A DNA stretch of 54,528 nt from Lenisia limosa (Eukaryota; Protista; Breviatea). The DNA lies in the NCBI GenBank assembly GCA_001655205.1, contig LPNZ01008612.1, forward strand, positions 1 to 54,528. Direction: 5' to 3'. This document shows, one piece after another, positions 22,337-34,711 of this stretch. A model generated the notes under the pieces. The model did not search any database. It saw only the letters and a program-made list of their open reading frames with translations, and had not been told where the DNA came from. Made by a program: the position numbers and the translations under genes. Each line of letters starts with the position of its first letter. Position 1 is the stretch's first letter.

Positions 22337-24696
22337 ATGAATTACCCCCCGCTTTTGGTAAATATGCGGTTACTTTTATTTCTGTAAAATTTTCCCTAAC
22401 AAGAATCTAAAAAGAATGCCTGAGGCTGAATGTGGGAGATTTTGTTCAGATTTTGTTTATGACCCTTTAGCTCCGCGTCAGAGTTGCTGCTCATCAGTCC
22501 TTTGTGAACTTTCAGCAATCAGGGCCCTGGAGAAATGGACACATTTACCAGGGATTGTGAGTGGTGTCTCTTCATGACTATACGAGTGTGGAGAGATCAC
22601 AACTGTCACTTCATGCCAAATTAGTCCTCACCAAACCCAGGTCAATTTGGGGGGAGGAATGCCAAATCCTGAAACGTTTCCCTATGAGTCAATAACTGTG
22701 AAGGTTGGGAGTATTTCTTATTCCTAATATGTGTTATATTTGGGTATCTCTATATATTATATTATATATTTATGCATATCATATATATACACCATATAAT
22801 ATACTAATTTCCTGCAGATGAAAGGAAATGATACCCCCATTGAACTTTCATTGACAGAGTTGAATAAGTGTTTAAACTATTCCTCAACAAAAGGGCTGAC
22901 TGAGCTCATATACCAATTGAAACGTCTGCAGACAGAGGTAAAGCTAGTGGATATGTGAACATATCAACTGACAAGGGCTCAAATTGAGGTTTTAGGCACA
23001 CAGCCCGAAGTACGACAATTGGGACATCTGTGTCAGTACCGGATGTCAAGATGGTTTAACTAAAACGTGAGTTTCCAAGATTGAAAACAGTCATGGTTGT
23101 TTTGTTGTTGTTTTGCAATCTTCAGTCAAGTAACATTAAACTAGCTTCGAAATGTTACTCAGCAATAATGACAGCATTCTGGTTGAAGAACCAACATACA
23201 GGTTTGGAATATGATTATTATTTCACTGTGTTTTGATATGAAGATAGTGACACTTGAAAATGCCAAAAAGTGACACGCTTTTAGTGAGGTACTGAGTGCC
23301 CTGAAGCTACAAAATTGCAACATTGTGCCAATAAGAATGGACACACATGGTCTGATCCCCGCCTCTTTAGAGAATTGTCTCCGAAGGTAATAAACACAAA
23401 TGTTTGGATCTCTGTAAGACATTATTCACTCAAATCAGTTGGCCCAAAGCCAAGCCTTTTCCAAAAGCTCTCTACACAATTCCCACTTCACAGGTATTGC
23501 TTTTCCTTTTTGATTCTTTTAGAACCCAACAGGATACACATGTCCAGTTGAGAGAAGAAAAGAAATTCTTCGGATATGTAAAAATTACAATGTGCTTATC
23601 ATAGAGGACGACCCTTACTATTACCTCTACTACAAGGTATGCCTTGTTTTGGATCACAGTCAGACCTCTGATACAGGTTTTTCTCCTCCTCCTTCTTCGT
23701 ATTTCAGCTTGGACTCCACTCATTCCGTACTCAGGTTTGACACTACCAGTAACAATTATCGTCTAGATTTGACTCATTTTCCACAATTCTCGGCGCAGGG
23801 GTTCAAATTGGATTTGTTACCGGTATGGTAGGAAACGCAGCATTCATATTGTAATTGTTGTCACAATTATAGGACCCCCACAGTACATAGAGAGAATTGC
23901 TCTCCATATGCAGGTAGGATAACTGATCGGTTTTTTGCTATCATATTCATGAGAACCTTCATGGTTACATTCACAGACAAGTGGCATGTCCCAAATGATA
24001 ATATCCAAAACCCTTGACTTTTGGGGGGATGAAGGATGGCAATCTCATCTCAATGCACTTCGTGAATTCTATAAAGGTAACAAAACTGCATTGTCACTGT
24101 CAAGCAAGAAGAGACGCGATGGTTGCTCTTTGTCGAGAGCATCTTGGTGATAAGGTGTCATTTTCGCTTCCAGATGGGGGCCTGTTTCTTTGGCTAAAAG
24201 TGAGCAGAGTGTTAAAATGGCAGATTTGGAATGTAATGCTGGGATATTCAGAGAGCGAATACATTGACATTTTGACCTAATAAGGTTCATCATCTGATGC
24301 CCCAAGGACACTATGACCAAGGCGACACAACAGACATCTTCACCCGATTAGCCGATGATCACAATGTATGAAAGTCATATCCCGCGCGGGAGGAGGGAGG
24401 GAGGAAGTTACAATCAGTCATCCCTCCGCCTAAGACTGGATATCTTTATAGAGATCTATTACTATTCATTTTCAGATTGAAAGGACGTTTGAAACATGTC
24501 ACGGTTGTAGGTTTTGATAGTTCCTGGGAAGGCATTTATGGCATCTGGAAGAAGCCAGTAGGTGATGCTTATTTCCCCCCTTTAGATCCTCCTAATCTTC
24601 CTCTCACCTTCAAGGTTTATCAGGCTCTCGTTTAGTATGGCCTCAGTTGAAAAAATGGAGGAAGGCGTCAAAAAAATTGCTTCATTTCTTAAGTAA
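22337..24696 (+). CDS. Class I PLP-fold aminotransferase-like protein (AADAT/KAT II/Aro8 family) lacking the catalytic lysine
   Basis: MNYP.., LGGGMPNPETFP, STGCQDGL, ILVEEPTYS, YTIPTSQNPTG, IIEDDPYY, RFDSFSTILGAGVQIG, PDGGLFLW, FIRLSFS. Confidence 0.88.
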
Positions 24697-24894
24697 TAGT
24701 CCGAATGTACTTATGTGTTAGTAATCTATTTAAGGATCACAAATCCATAATTACCTAAAATCAGCCAAGACAGTTGGATGGTGGGAGGGGGGCCTATAAA
24801 GTGAATGCATAACGATAGGGAATGTAATGTTTGCTTAAAAAGCCATTGCCAAATGTAGGCGAATTATTTGGAATTACTACCCCCTGGTCCAAAC

Positions 24895-27800
24895 CTATAT
24901 GGTATCAGCAAACGAGAGGCCTTTAGCAATTCGCAGAGCTCGGAGCCACTCGTCACGTGACTCCTCAGATTCGGCCTGATGGTGAGGAATATTCCAAATG
25001 GTCAGACATATGACATACAGTCAGTATATTGATAAGCAAAAGAAGGCTTCAGTCATCCCATATTCTGTGTTAACAAATGAGTGAAGGAGTGATAATAATG
25101 GTGCTAAATGGGAATATCCAACCTGTAAAAGGAACTCTTCGGCCTTGTCTCCAGAAGGGGTAATAGTAAAGCAGTTGGACCTCTTCGCAATGTTATTGAC
25201 AATTTTGGCTGTCATTCCAGGAACCATCAGCGCTCCTCTTGCAGTTTCTTTGGGCTGGAGGGGTGGTGGTGGTAATAAGAACGTATTATTTCAAGTTTTC
25301 ATGATTAGTGTCCATATTTCATTGTAAATCATAGCAATTTATACATGATATGTTCTTCTTTTAGAAAAAAAATGCTGACAAAACACCTACGATAGATGTG
25401 ATGTGTTATCATTAAGTAACTACAACACAAGTAATTATCAAAGTAATCGTTTTATCACGACCTCTTTTACGCACCTCGTCAGTTCGGAAGTGAATGAGAT
25501 AAGGCGGTCGAAGAATGAAGAACCGTCTACCCCATTTGCCGTGCATTCCTGAACAATGAGCATAATAATCGAGTACTCCAGTGGTTTCTTTTTATTCAAG
25601 TGTTTATTCGTTTCTTTTGATTATTACAGTCCCAGGTAGACAATTATTTGGCTCACCTCTTTTGACGAGCCAAGACGTGAGTAGCGGCCTCTCGCGGCTT
25701 TGGGGGCTGATGAAGGTCTGAACAGATACCCCACCAAAGAGAACAGAAATGGTGGTGAGGGCAGGCTCCGTGGAGTGGCTGATTTGGCTCATTCGTTGCT
25801 CTGAAGAGTTAGTCATGTTTCCAGTGAATTGGTACAAGTTTCAGAAGAAAAGATCGCTGGCAAACCAAGTCGCTGGAGCTCAACCTGGGTCTCATAGAGC
25901 GTATTCTCAGACTCAATCATTTTGTTCCTAAATAATCAGAATAGACAGCAAATATCAACATTTTTTAAAGAAATAATCCTAATGAATGTAATACTATTCC
26001 CCAGTAGCTGACTTGGCTTCTGTGGCCCTTCCTTCCGATCGGAAAATGTCGTCCTTCAAACTTACAACCTCCTTTGAATGGCTTAGTTTCTGATAGGGTT
26101 AACAGTGGAAGGGGATCATCAATGAAACACAACGATGGCAAATTTCTTTGTTATTCCACCCACAGCATCACAGAGGGTCTGCTGCGTGTTTTTGAGGTCA
26201 GAAGACAGGTGTTCAACTGTTGACTCTTGTGCTGTAATCTACAGGGTTATGAAGGGTATTTTCGGTCCAAAAGATAACGAATGCATGGTATCGATCAACA
26301 TTTGAGAGTTATTATCAGATTGCACAACCTTCTTTGAATCCCTCAGCCGATATAAGAAGTCTTCAAAAAAGACCCTGACTCTCGGTATGTGAACAATGAC
26401 CAGTTTCAACATACTTTTTCATTGAGACTCATAGTTACTGAAGCCAATTCTTTAGCGTGAGATGCTGCAACGGCAGCTGCGGTTTGCTTCACGCTTGCTC
26501 GGGTCTTGACTTGCTCAGACTCCAGGGACTCAATACGTGCCTGTGGAAGGATTTTAGTGTGATGTTTTCATAATAGAGTAAACGACGAATATGTCAATCT
26601 GTGGAGAGATTGGACAAGGTGCTGGTGGAACACTCAGTTTTTGATCAAAATAAGATATCCAGCCTATTGGTGTGTATTAGACATGATAAAAAGAGGGAAG
26701 GGGCTGCAATGAAGACGCACCTGGTACTCTGCAGCAGCAGCCTCAAGATCGGCAATTGTTCGTGACTGTTCAGCGGCTGTCGCACTCAGCGCTGTTATCT
26801 ACAAAGTCAGGTGATTTACTCTTAACAGCTTGATATAACAAATTAGAATGAAGGGATGCTTCATATTGCGACCTCCAACCCTGGATTCGGCTTCTTCAGC
26901 ACGTGCCGCCTCGGATGCCGCCTTGTCTTCAGCCAGGCCTGGGGGGGGGGGGNNNNNNNNNNNNNNNNNNNNNNNNNNNNNNNNNNNNNNNNNNNNNNNN
27001 NNNNNNNNNNNNNNNNNNNNNNNNNNNNNNNNNNNNNNNNNNNNNNNNNNNNNNNNNNNNNNNNNNNNNNNNNNNNNNNNNNNNNNNNNNNNNNNNNNNN
27101 NNNNNNNNNNNNNNNNNNNNNNNNNNNNNNNNNNNNNNNNNNNNNNNNNNNNNNNNAATGGGAACTATTTGGTTCCAGCAGACAATGTCAGAATCATGAC
27201 GAAACGGGAATAATATGTAATCATATTCGTTTGATATGACAGAGTTATACACAAAGTATGATATCAAGGAAAAACAGGTCAAAAGCCTAAATGCATATCA
27301 TATCAAAGTAGAGATGAGAAATAGTATAGATAGTGTTTCTGAAGTAACGATGGTTTGAGAGTTGCTTCCATTCCCACTTGTTGCAAGGCTGAGTTGGCGA
27401 GTTGGATGGTCGATAGTTTGGTATCCAGTTCAGACACGGTGGTTTCGCTGGTTTGGAGCGACGCTTCCAAGACGGAATTCTGGACAAGAGATAAGATAAG
27501 AGGTCTAGACAAGGAGAAAAAAAATGATAAGAAGATCTATATTCTCACCTTTTTTCGAAGAGACTCGACCAGCTGTTTCTCATTTTCAATGGATTCCTAT
27601 GAATGTAAATTTATTTATCTTTAGCGGGGGGGGGGGCTCTTACCTGTGCTACATCTAAATTAGATTCAACAATTTCCAGAGTTGACGCTCGCTCGTTCGC
27701 TTTTTGAGTGGCGACTTCTGATTGGCGAACTGCTTCGGCTCTAAGGGGGGTCATGAATAACCAATATGCATATGATAATCAACTCTATTGGCGAAGCATT

Positions 27801-30800
27801 TGAGACAAATAACCTCAGAGCAGCAAGAATTAAGAAAAAAATAAAAGTTATTAGCGTATCATACAATATACATACATATATTACATGAAAATCAAATGTA
27901 AATTCAATGACATTTTAGCTTAATCCAATGCGTGCGAATTTTGATTGTTGAACCCCGCCGCACCTGCCCTGTTCAGCAAGAAGAAGGGCATTGTTGGCTT
28001 TGTCTGTGGCCGCCTCATGTGCCGCAATGTCACGTTCCAGGGCCTGGAGCCTCGTCTGAGAAGTGAGATTGTAGAGGAGGGCGTGAGCTCATACTTCATC
28101 AATGAACATAGTGGTAGCATCTGTTTCCTCAGATTGAATGCATACCTGAGCTTCAGCAGAAATGCTTTCAGCCTTCTTTTTGGCCACTACTGCTGCTGCC
28201 AAAGAAATATCGAGGGCCACTGAAGATAAGGTAAAAGGGAATTCTGGCTCAACACCCCACCTCCACCCAACCAGGCACAATCACAATCACACACACACAC
28301 ACAAAAAAAAAAACAATACCAGGAGTTACCCCCCCCCCCNNNNNNNNNNNNNNNNNNNNNNNNNNNNNNNNNNNNNNNNNNNNNNNNNNNNNNNNNNNNN
28401 NNNNNNNNNNGCCTTTTGCTGAGCCTCTGATTCACGAAGTTGAAGGGTTGACATGTCCGACTGGATGATTGATACAATAATCGAAATGAGATTCAAACAG
28501 GACACCAATCCGTTGTTAAACATTGAATTTTTAAAAATATGTTCAAATACAAATGTTAAATAAAAGTAAAGGTTGCATCTCACCAGCATCCCATGTAGCC
28601 AGCCCCACCTTCATAACTCGGATGTTGTCTTCAGCAGCACTGAGAGCAGCAACAGCCAACGACCGCTCGTTTTCAACGGCATCAGCCTTCTCCAAAGCCC
28701 TGACTCGGTCCTGCTCTTTCACGATACAGTCCTCATTTCTCTGAGGGGTAGTGTGTGAAAGAAAATCGGTGTATGTTGCTCATTTTCAATTCATAATTTC
28801 TACCAAAGAGTATAAGATTGCATTACACCGTAGTTGAGTATAAGAGCGCCAACCTGTGCAAGGGTTTCTTGAAGTGCTAAAATCTCAACCTTCATTTGCT
28901 CATTTGATTTTTGAAGAGCGCTATTGAATGAGACATCGGACAAGAAGAAAGGTGTTGAATAAAACGAGTACTAACCCCTTTTCGGCCTTATGGTCACTTC
29001 GCTCCTTCTGTGACTCGTGGCGGAGGGCCTGCAGGGTAAGGCCCAGCGAGATCCACAAATAACAAGATCATATTTTAATCTAACAAACTCAAGGTGGCAA
29101 ATGAGACGGACAGCCCAGCAGCATTTTTTAAAAAACCAACGTTAGTTTCCTCCTCAGCAACAGTGAGCCTCTTCTGAAGTGTCTCAGCTTTGTTGGTCGA
29201 AGCACTCAAGTCAGACTCAAACTGAAAAGATAAGCTCTCATTCATACCCCGATATCTTGTGTGGTTGAGTAATCTCTCATTTGTATTTCATTATTCATCT
29301 CTTGTGTTTTTCTAATCGTTGCATACTTTCATAGGAATTAAACTATGTTTAAAATGGTACCAGCAAACCTGAGCCAGTTTGTTGGATAACGTGACGTTCG
29401 AGGATTTCATTTCATCTCTCTCAATTCTAAGAGAATAAAAAGCAATAAAGTAGTTTCTTGAATTATTACACAACAATGATCAATTTGGTTTCATCCCTTA
29501 CTCACGAGGCTTTACTCAGTGCTAGTTCAGACTTTTCAAGGTCACTTTTCGTGTCCCTACTCAACTGTTCGGCAGTGTCAAGCTGGGAGTGATCATAAGG
29601 GTAATTGTAGTGAATAGTCTATTTGTATGTACATATCGTATCATTTCATATATCATTTCATATAGTATATACTACCATACTACATGTATACTATGAGTGA
29701 ATCGTTATCTTATTCTAGATAGTAAGGGTCTTCGCGTTGAATGTGGGGGTGGGGTGGTGGTGCAACTATGACAACCTGTAGGCAGACCTTGGTTGTGATA
29801 TCAGCCACAAGTCTGGCCTGTGAACCAGCTTCAGACTTGAGCTGAGTGACAAGGGCCTCCAATCGGTCCACTTCGGAGGTCAATTGCAGCTCACGCGACT
29901 GCAATGTTAGAAGGTGACATCTATCCACTTTTGGGTGTGCTAACTAAAGAGAACAGTGAAATGTTAAAACGTTGCATCACCGAACCAATTGGACGGTTTG
30001 GGTACGTTCTGAATCCCTCATACTTTGTTTTCTTCCGAGGCCTCTTTGTTCATTCCAGAGAGCTCCTAAAAAGGAGTTACAAAGGAATGCTCAAGTTAGC
30101 ATTTCACTTGATGGTTCCGCTCTCATACTGATCTGAGTTGCTTTCTTTGAGTGTCAAAATCGTGTCGATCTTGGTCACGTGCAGCGGACACTGTTTCGAG
30201 TTCCGCTTCAACGCTCGCATGCATTCTCTTCAAGTTCTCATTATCGCGTTCACAGGCCTGTAAGGACTGCTGCAGCTCTACAGGGTAAATTATCAAAGGA
30301 ATACGTATATTATTGAAACAGTAATAACAATATGATAATTCCAAGAAACAGGGAGCTGTGATTTCTGAGTCATAAGCTCAAAAAAATGCCCTCATGCATA
30401 CCCTTGACAGAAGCTTCGAGAGAGTTTTGGTCCACTCTAGACAGTTCCTTGTCGTTGTCAAGTTTAGCTCGGGCCTCTTGGAGTGTTTGCCGCACTCCAG
30501 CCACCTCTTTTTCAGACTCGGCCAGAGCAACAGTACCTGGTGGTCAAAATAATATCCTACATGTACACTCATATATAGCTCGATACAAATATACCCATAC
30601 AACATGCACATTATTACTCATAAATACTTGACATGCATAATAAACTCAATACAGTTACACTTATTTGAAAAAAAAAAAAAAAAAANNNNNNNNNNNNNNN
30701 NNNNNNNNNNNNNNNNNNNNNNNNNNNNNNNNNNNNNNNNNNNNNNNNNNNNNNNNNNNNNNNNNNNNNNNNNNNNNNNNNNNNNNNNNNNNNNNNNNNN

Positions 30801-33150
30801 NNNNNNNNNNNNNNNNNNNNNNNNNNNNNNNNNNNNNNNNNNNNNNNNNNNNNNNNNNNNNNNNNNNNNNNNNNNNNNNNNNNNNNNNNNNNNNNNNNNN
30901 NNNNNNNNNNNNNNNNNNNNNNNNCCCTTTGTGACGCTGCGATGTGCTCATTTCGTTTGCTCTGAAGTTGACTTTGTAACTGCTCAACCTCTTCCGAGAA
31001 CTGACGAGAGAGCCCGGTCGCCTGGATGTGAGTTTAATCTGGGTTCAGTGCATAGTCTCATAAAGTATGAAGGGTGAGTTTTAACACTTTAGCCTTATGG
31101 TAATTAAAGGCTCAAATTGCCAAACGTAAGCAGTGCCCCAACCCACAGTCAGCAGCTCATTCTCAGTAGCAAGCAAAGATGCCTCGGCCCGGGCCTTGTC
31201 TGAGGACAATCGAGCCGCGTCGGATTCTGCTTCTTGCAAGCGTTTACGCAGAACACGAACTTCTCCAGCACTGTTGCGGTATGATGACGATGGAAGAGGA
31301 ATTCATTTTTTAAAGATTGCTTCTTCCCACCCCTCCAACTCGGGAGCTGCAAGAGCGGTAACATCCGGAGTGCTAGCGGAATGAACAGTTTTGGAGGGAG
31401 TGGGTGTGGACGGAGCTAAAACATGAGGTTTTTATTTTCAAAAAAAAATGGGTGAAGGTCTCATTTTTGGCCGAAGACCTTACCAATTAGACTGTGTAGA
31501 AAGAAATGTTAAGGTAAATGTGGTCATTGTATCCATTTTATCTGTTTCGCAAAAAGAGCAACCCACTTGATGGGGGTTGGGACTGAAGGGCTTGGTTAGG
31601 GTTCGGAGGGACATAGTCCAGGCTGCTATCCTCTAAGTTGACCTGGAACCTTGGGGGGTAAGAACTCTGGTGCTTTCAATCATCACAGAAATCAATAAGA
31701 ATAGAATCAGGCGAACTTTAGTGAGTTTTGAACATCCTGAAGAGCCTCAATGAGAGTTGACACGTGGGTTGCGGAGGCAAGGAGGGCTGAACTATGGTGG
31801 TGTTTTCTGCAGCATAAATGGAAGCGCAAGAGAGTGTTATCGTGTTAGCCCATTTCCCAGTTTTTAATTATATACTGTATATGTATATATGTCTCAAGAG
31901 GCAACCTCATTTCAAGGATGACACGGCATTTTACATGAATAAAAAATCGTTCACCTTTCAACAAATCACCAAAAGATATATATAATATACATTTGATATG
32001 CTTGTAGGTGTAAAACCCTCAGTATCATACAGGAGAATCTCATGGTCCGTGAGAGTGAAGAGGTAGTCACAAAACACGCCTGAGTTGAGACAATGTAGCA
32101 CAAAAGCACGCCCCTTGCCCAGGCTTGTACGAACTGAGCGCAGTGACTTGATCCTGAGGAGGTAATGCAAAAATCCTGGAGAGAAGGATTTTGAATGAAG
32201 AAGGTTTAACTACCATGAGCACACACAATTGAATCAGTCCAAAAGGAAACTCTCGAAATACAACCATGTCCTTGAAATGCCAACTTTTTGACATCTTTTG
32301 CGGTGCCCGGGAGGGCAGCTTCGATTTCGCAGAAATACTCGAAAAGATCCAGAACAGAATCCGAGAAGAATCCCTTAATTTTCTTTTCTGAAAGATGATA
32401 ATGACAGTTTCATTCCTCTATTCAAAGCCGATGTCAAAGAAAACATTTTCTACAGCTTACGTTTTATTCCATCACGAAGAATGGCAATGAGCCCCGTAAA
32501 GAACGTGGCAAATCTAAGGGGTGATGTGAGAGTTCCGTGTGAAGGAATCTGTGAAGGAATGGAAATGAAAATCCTTGTCTTGATAAAATAATGATTAATG
32601 AAGGTTATTTGAAGCTTATATGTAGCAAACGTTATTTGATAAATGCTATGAACAATTGATTGAAGAGTGATCATGGTAAGGAAGATGAAAGTTAATTCGA
32701 GTTTTTATCAATAAGACAAGAACCACATTACGTTCTGAACGTATATTGGACGTAGCTTTCCCTCCTACCCATCTGATCCTGCAGTGACCGGTGCTCCCTT
32801 GGGCTGATGCTCTGGTATTGTGATTTTTGTTGTAAAGTTTCCTTATCACATTTGGACCATGTACTAAATTGAACGGAGGAATTATCAAATTTGCAAGTCA
32901 ACAGGTCACAGAAGTATTAATATTTCAGCTGTATTACATAAAAGATATGAATAAATATGGGAAAATAAAGCCTAAATTTCATAGCAGCAATCGAAATGGC
33001 TCCTGGCAGGGAAAGCTGCCACAATAGATACGCTCAACGGTTTACCTTTGAGGTATTGTCCAGAAGTGATAAATTCCCCCAGAAGAATCCTATGATTGTC
33101 TAAATAATGTTACAAAAGAGAATAAGAGGGCTAGTGCTACCTTCAGCCAT
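24895..33150 (-). CDS. RUN domain - long coiled coil - PH domain protein (PLEKHM2/FYCO1-like architecture); start uncertain
   Basis: RUN-like: GLIAILRDGIKQKKIKGFF..LFEYFCEI..FVQAWARGVLL. Heptad-rich E/K/Q/L exons at ~26000-31300. PH: LTSWLVKRG|GMHGKWGRRFFILRPPYLIHFR..CFTI..EESRDEWLRAL. Confidence 0.75.
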
Positions 33151-33377
33151 AGTACTTGCAGCAATGTTTACATTCTTATCTTCATCTCCCTTGTTTATTA
33201 AGTATAACTTTGTAAGTTAACGCCAAAACTACATAGAGCCTGAAAAAACGCTGATTGTATCCGATTGCAGATTAATAACTGTACACCCCCAGAATGATGT
33301 TATAAAAGGAGATTTTTTCGCAAAAAATCCGTCCAAATCCTGTAACACAAGGAAGAACTACTTGTATTATATTGAAG

Positions 33378-34655
33378 ATGGCCAGTAACTCCGGATGTAC
33401 CCACGACAAACTCCAGTTTGAGTCTGCTCAAGCTTTGGTGACCGATAACCTCGAAGTCAATGACCCTGAGATCAACGAAACTGCTAGCACTATCTTTAAG
33501 TCCGACGGTGAAGTCGACTGGTGGGTTTTGGGGAATTTGTTGCTGTCCCTCCTGCCTTCGGTGTCTCCCTTAACCATAAATAACATAGAATATTAAAATA
33601 TGAGTAGTTTATACGCAGGTTTAGGGCGTTTTTCTCAATCCCTACCAGTCTAACATTGTCTAGGATGATGATGAAATACAAGAAGGGCACCAACTCTCTT
33701 TACGGTATGGTCTTGGTGCAGGATTTAAAGAAAAATAGTGAGAATTCTCTTTTTGTTGACGATTTTCCACATTAATCTCTCAGCCAGGAGAAAAGCCTTC
33801 TTTGATTTGGGGGCAAGAGTGTTGCAATGACTTATTCATTTGAGCTGACCCTTTAGTTGCCGACTCCGGCTCTGGTGGCCTCAAGGCTCTTGTTGACGTG
33901 GGTGTTAGGAGGAGTGATAAACATGATGGTTGTCTGGTTCTTCTTCAGGAAAGCAATAGTTTTTAGAACTTTTTTTTTATCGATAGTATAATCGAAGTGG
34001 AAGACTTGAGAGGGTGTGTAAGAGCATGTTCCTGGTTTGACATATTGACCCGCGCAGGAGCTTCCAGAGGGCTCTCCTGCCTACGGCCTGGTGCGTGTGA
34101 GGGCCACCGACAAGAACACCCGCGTCATCTATTACACCTGGGCTCCTGATGGTGGGCTATTGTGTTGGATATAATGGTTTCACAAGGCTTGGTTTTTTGT
34201 ACGACTCGTATTTTCAATGAGTACTGAAATATGGGCGCGGTTGGCAGATCATGTAAAAACAAAATAATAGTAATATAGCGTTTTTTTGTTTGTTTCACTT
34301 CATATTTCCACCCGCCTCCTCCAATACTATTGTAAAGTCTGTTGCTGTGGCGAATTCGTTATTTCGTTACCCTACTAGCCGTTCCCACCGTCCGTAAGGG
34401 TCTCCTTCACACCCATGCTTCAGCTATTGGTGGCTTCTTCAAGGTGGGGAGAAGCATGCTTTAATGGGGGATTTTATCGTTTTTTTTATTTTATTTTGAA
34501 ACACATATTGGAATAACATTTCGTAATGAAGCCTTACACTAACCTTTATTCTCTCTTAGGGATGGTCCATGCAAATTGATGCTCGTGAGGAGGACGATTT
34601 CGACGAAGAGACCGTTTTAGACAAGGTCAGAAGGTCACAGGGCGCATCTTATTAG
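33378..34655 (+). CDS. Coactosin-like ADF-H actin-binding protein
   Basis: DGEVDWMMMKY, SGSGGLKALVDEL, YGLVRV, IYYTWAPD, VRKGLL, MQIDAREEDDFDEETVLDKVRRSQGASY*. Confidence 0.85.
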
Positions 34656-34711
34656 ATTTAGATTAGTTGTGTGTATTTAAGTTTCTTTCCTAACACCCCC
34701 GGGTTTGTTAT

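Noticed and set aside
11334-23785. All three lost catalytic residues (Cys and Arg in the capping enzyme, Lys in the aminotransferase) are encoded by ACA, suggesting codon reassignment or editing
   Set aside because: One codon cannot restore three different residues, and ACA encodes conserved Thr elsewhere (NPTG, GDTALH). Treated as coincidence.
26941-27157. N gaps flanked by poly-G/C or poly-A runs (also ~6865, 28331, 30669, 35565, 47790)
   Set aside because: These are assembly dropouts at homopolymers. The X-containing ORFs spanning them are artefacts, and the missing exon sequence limits several gene models.
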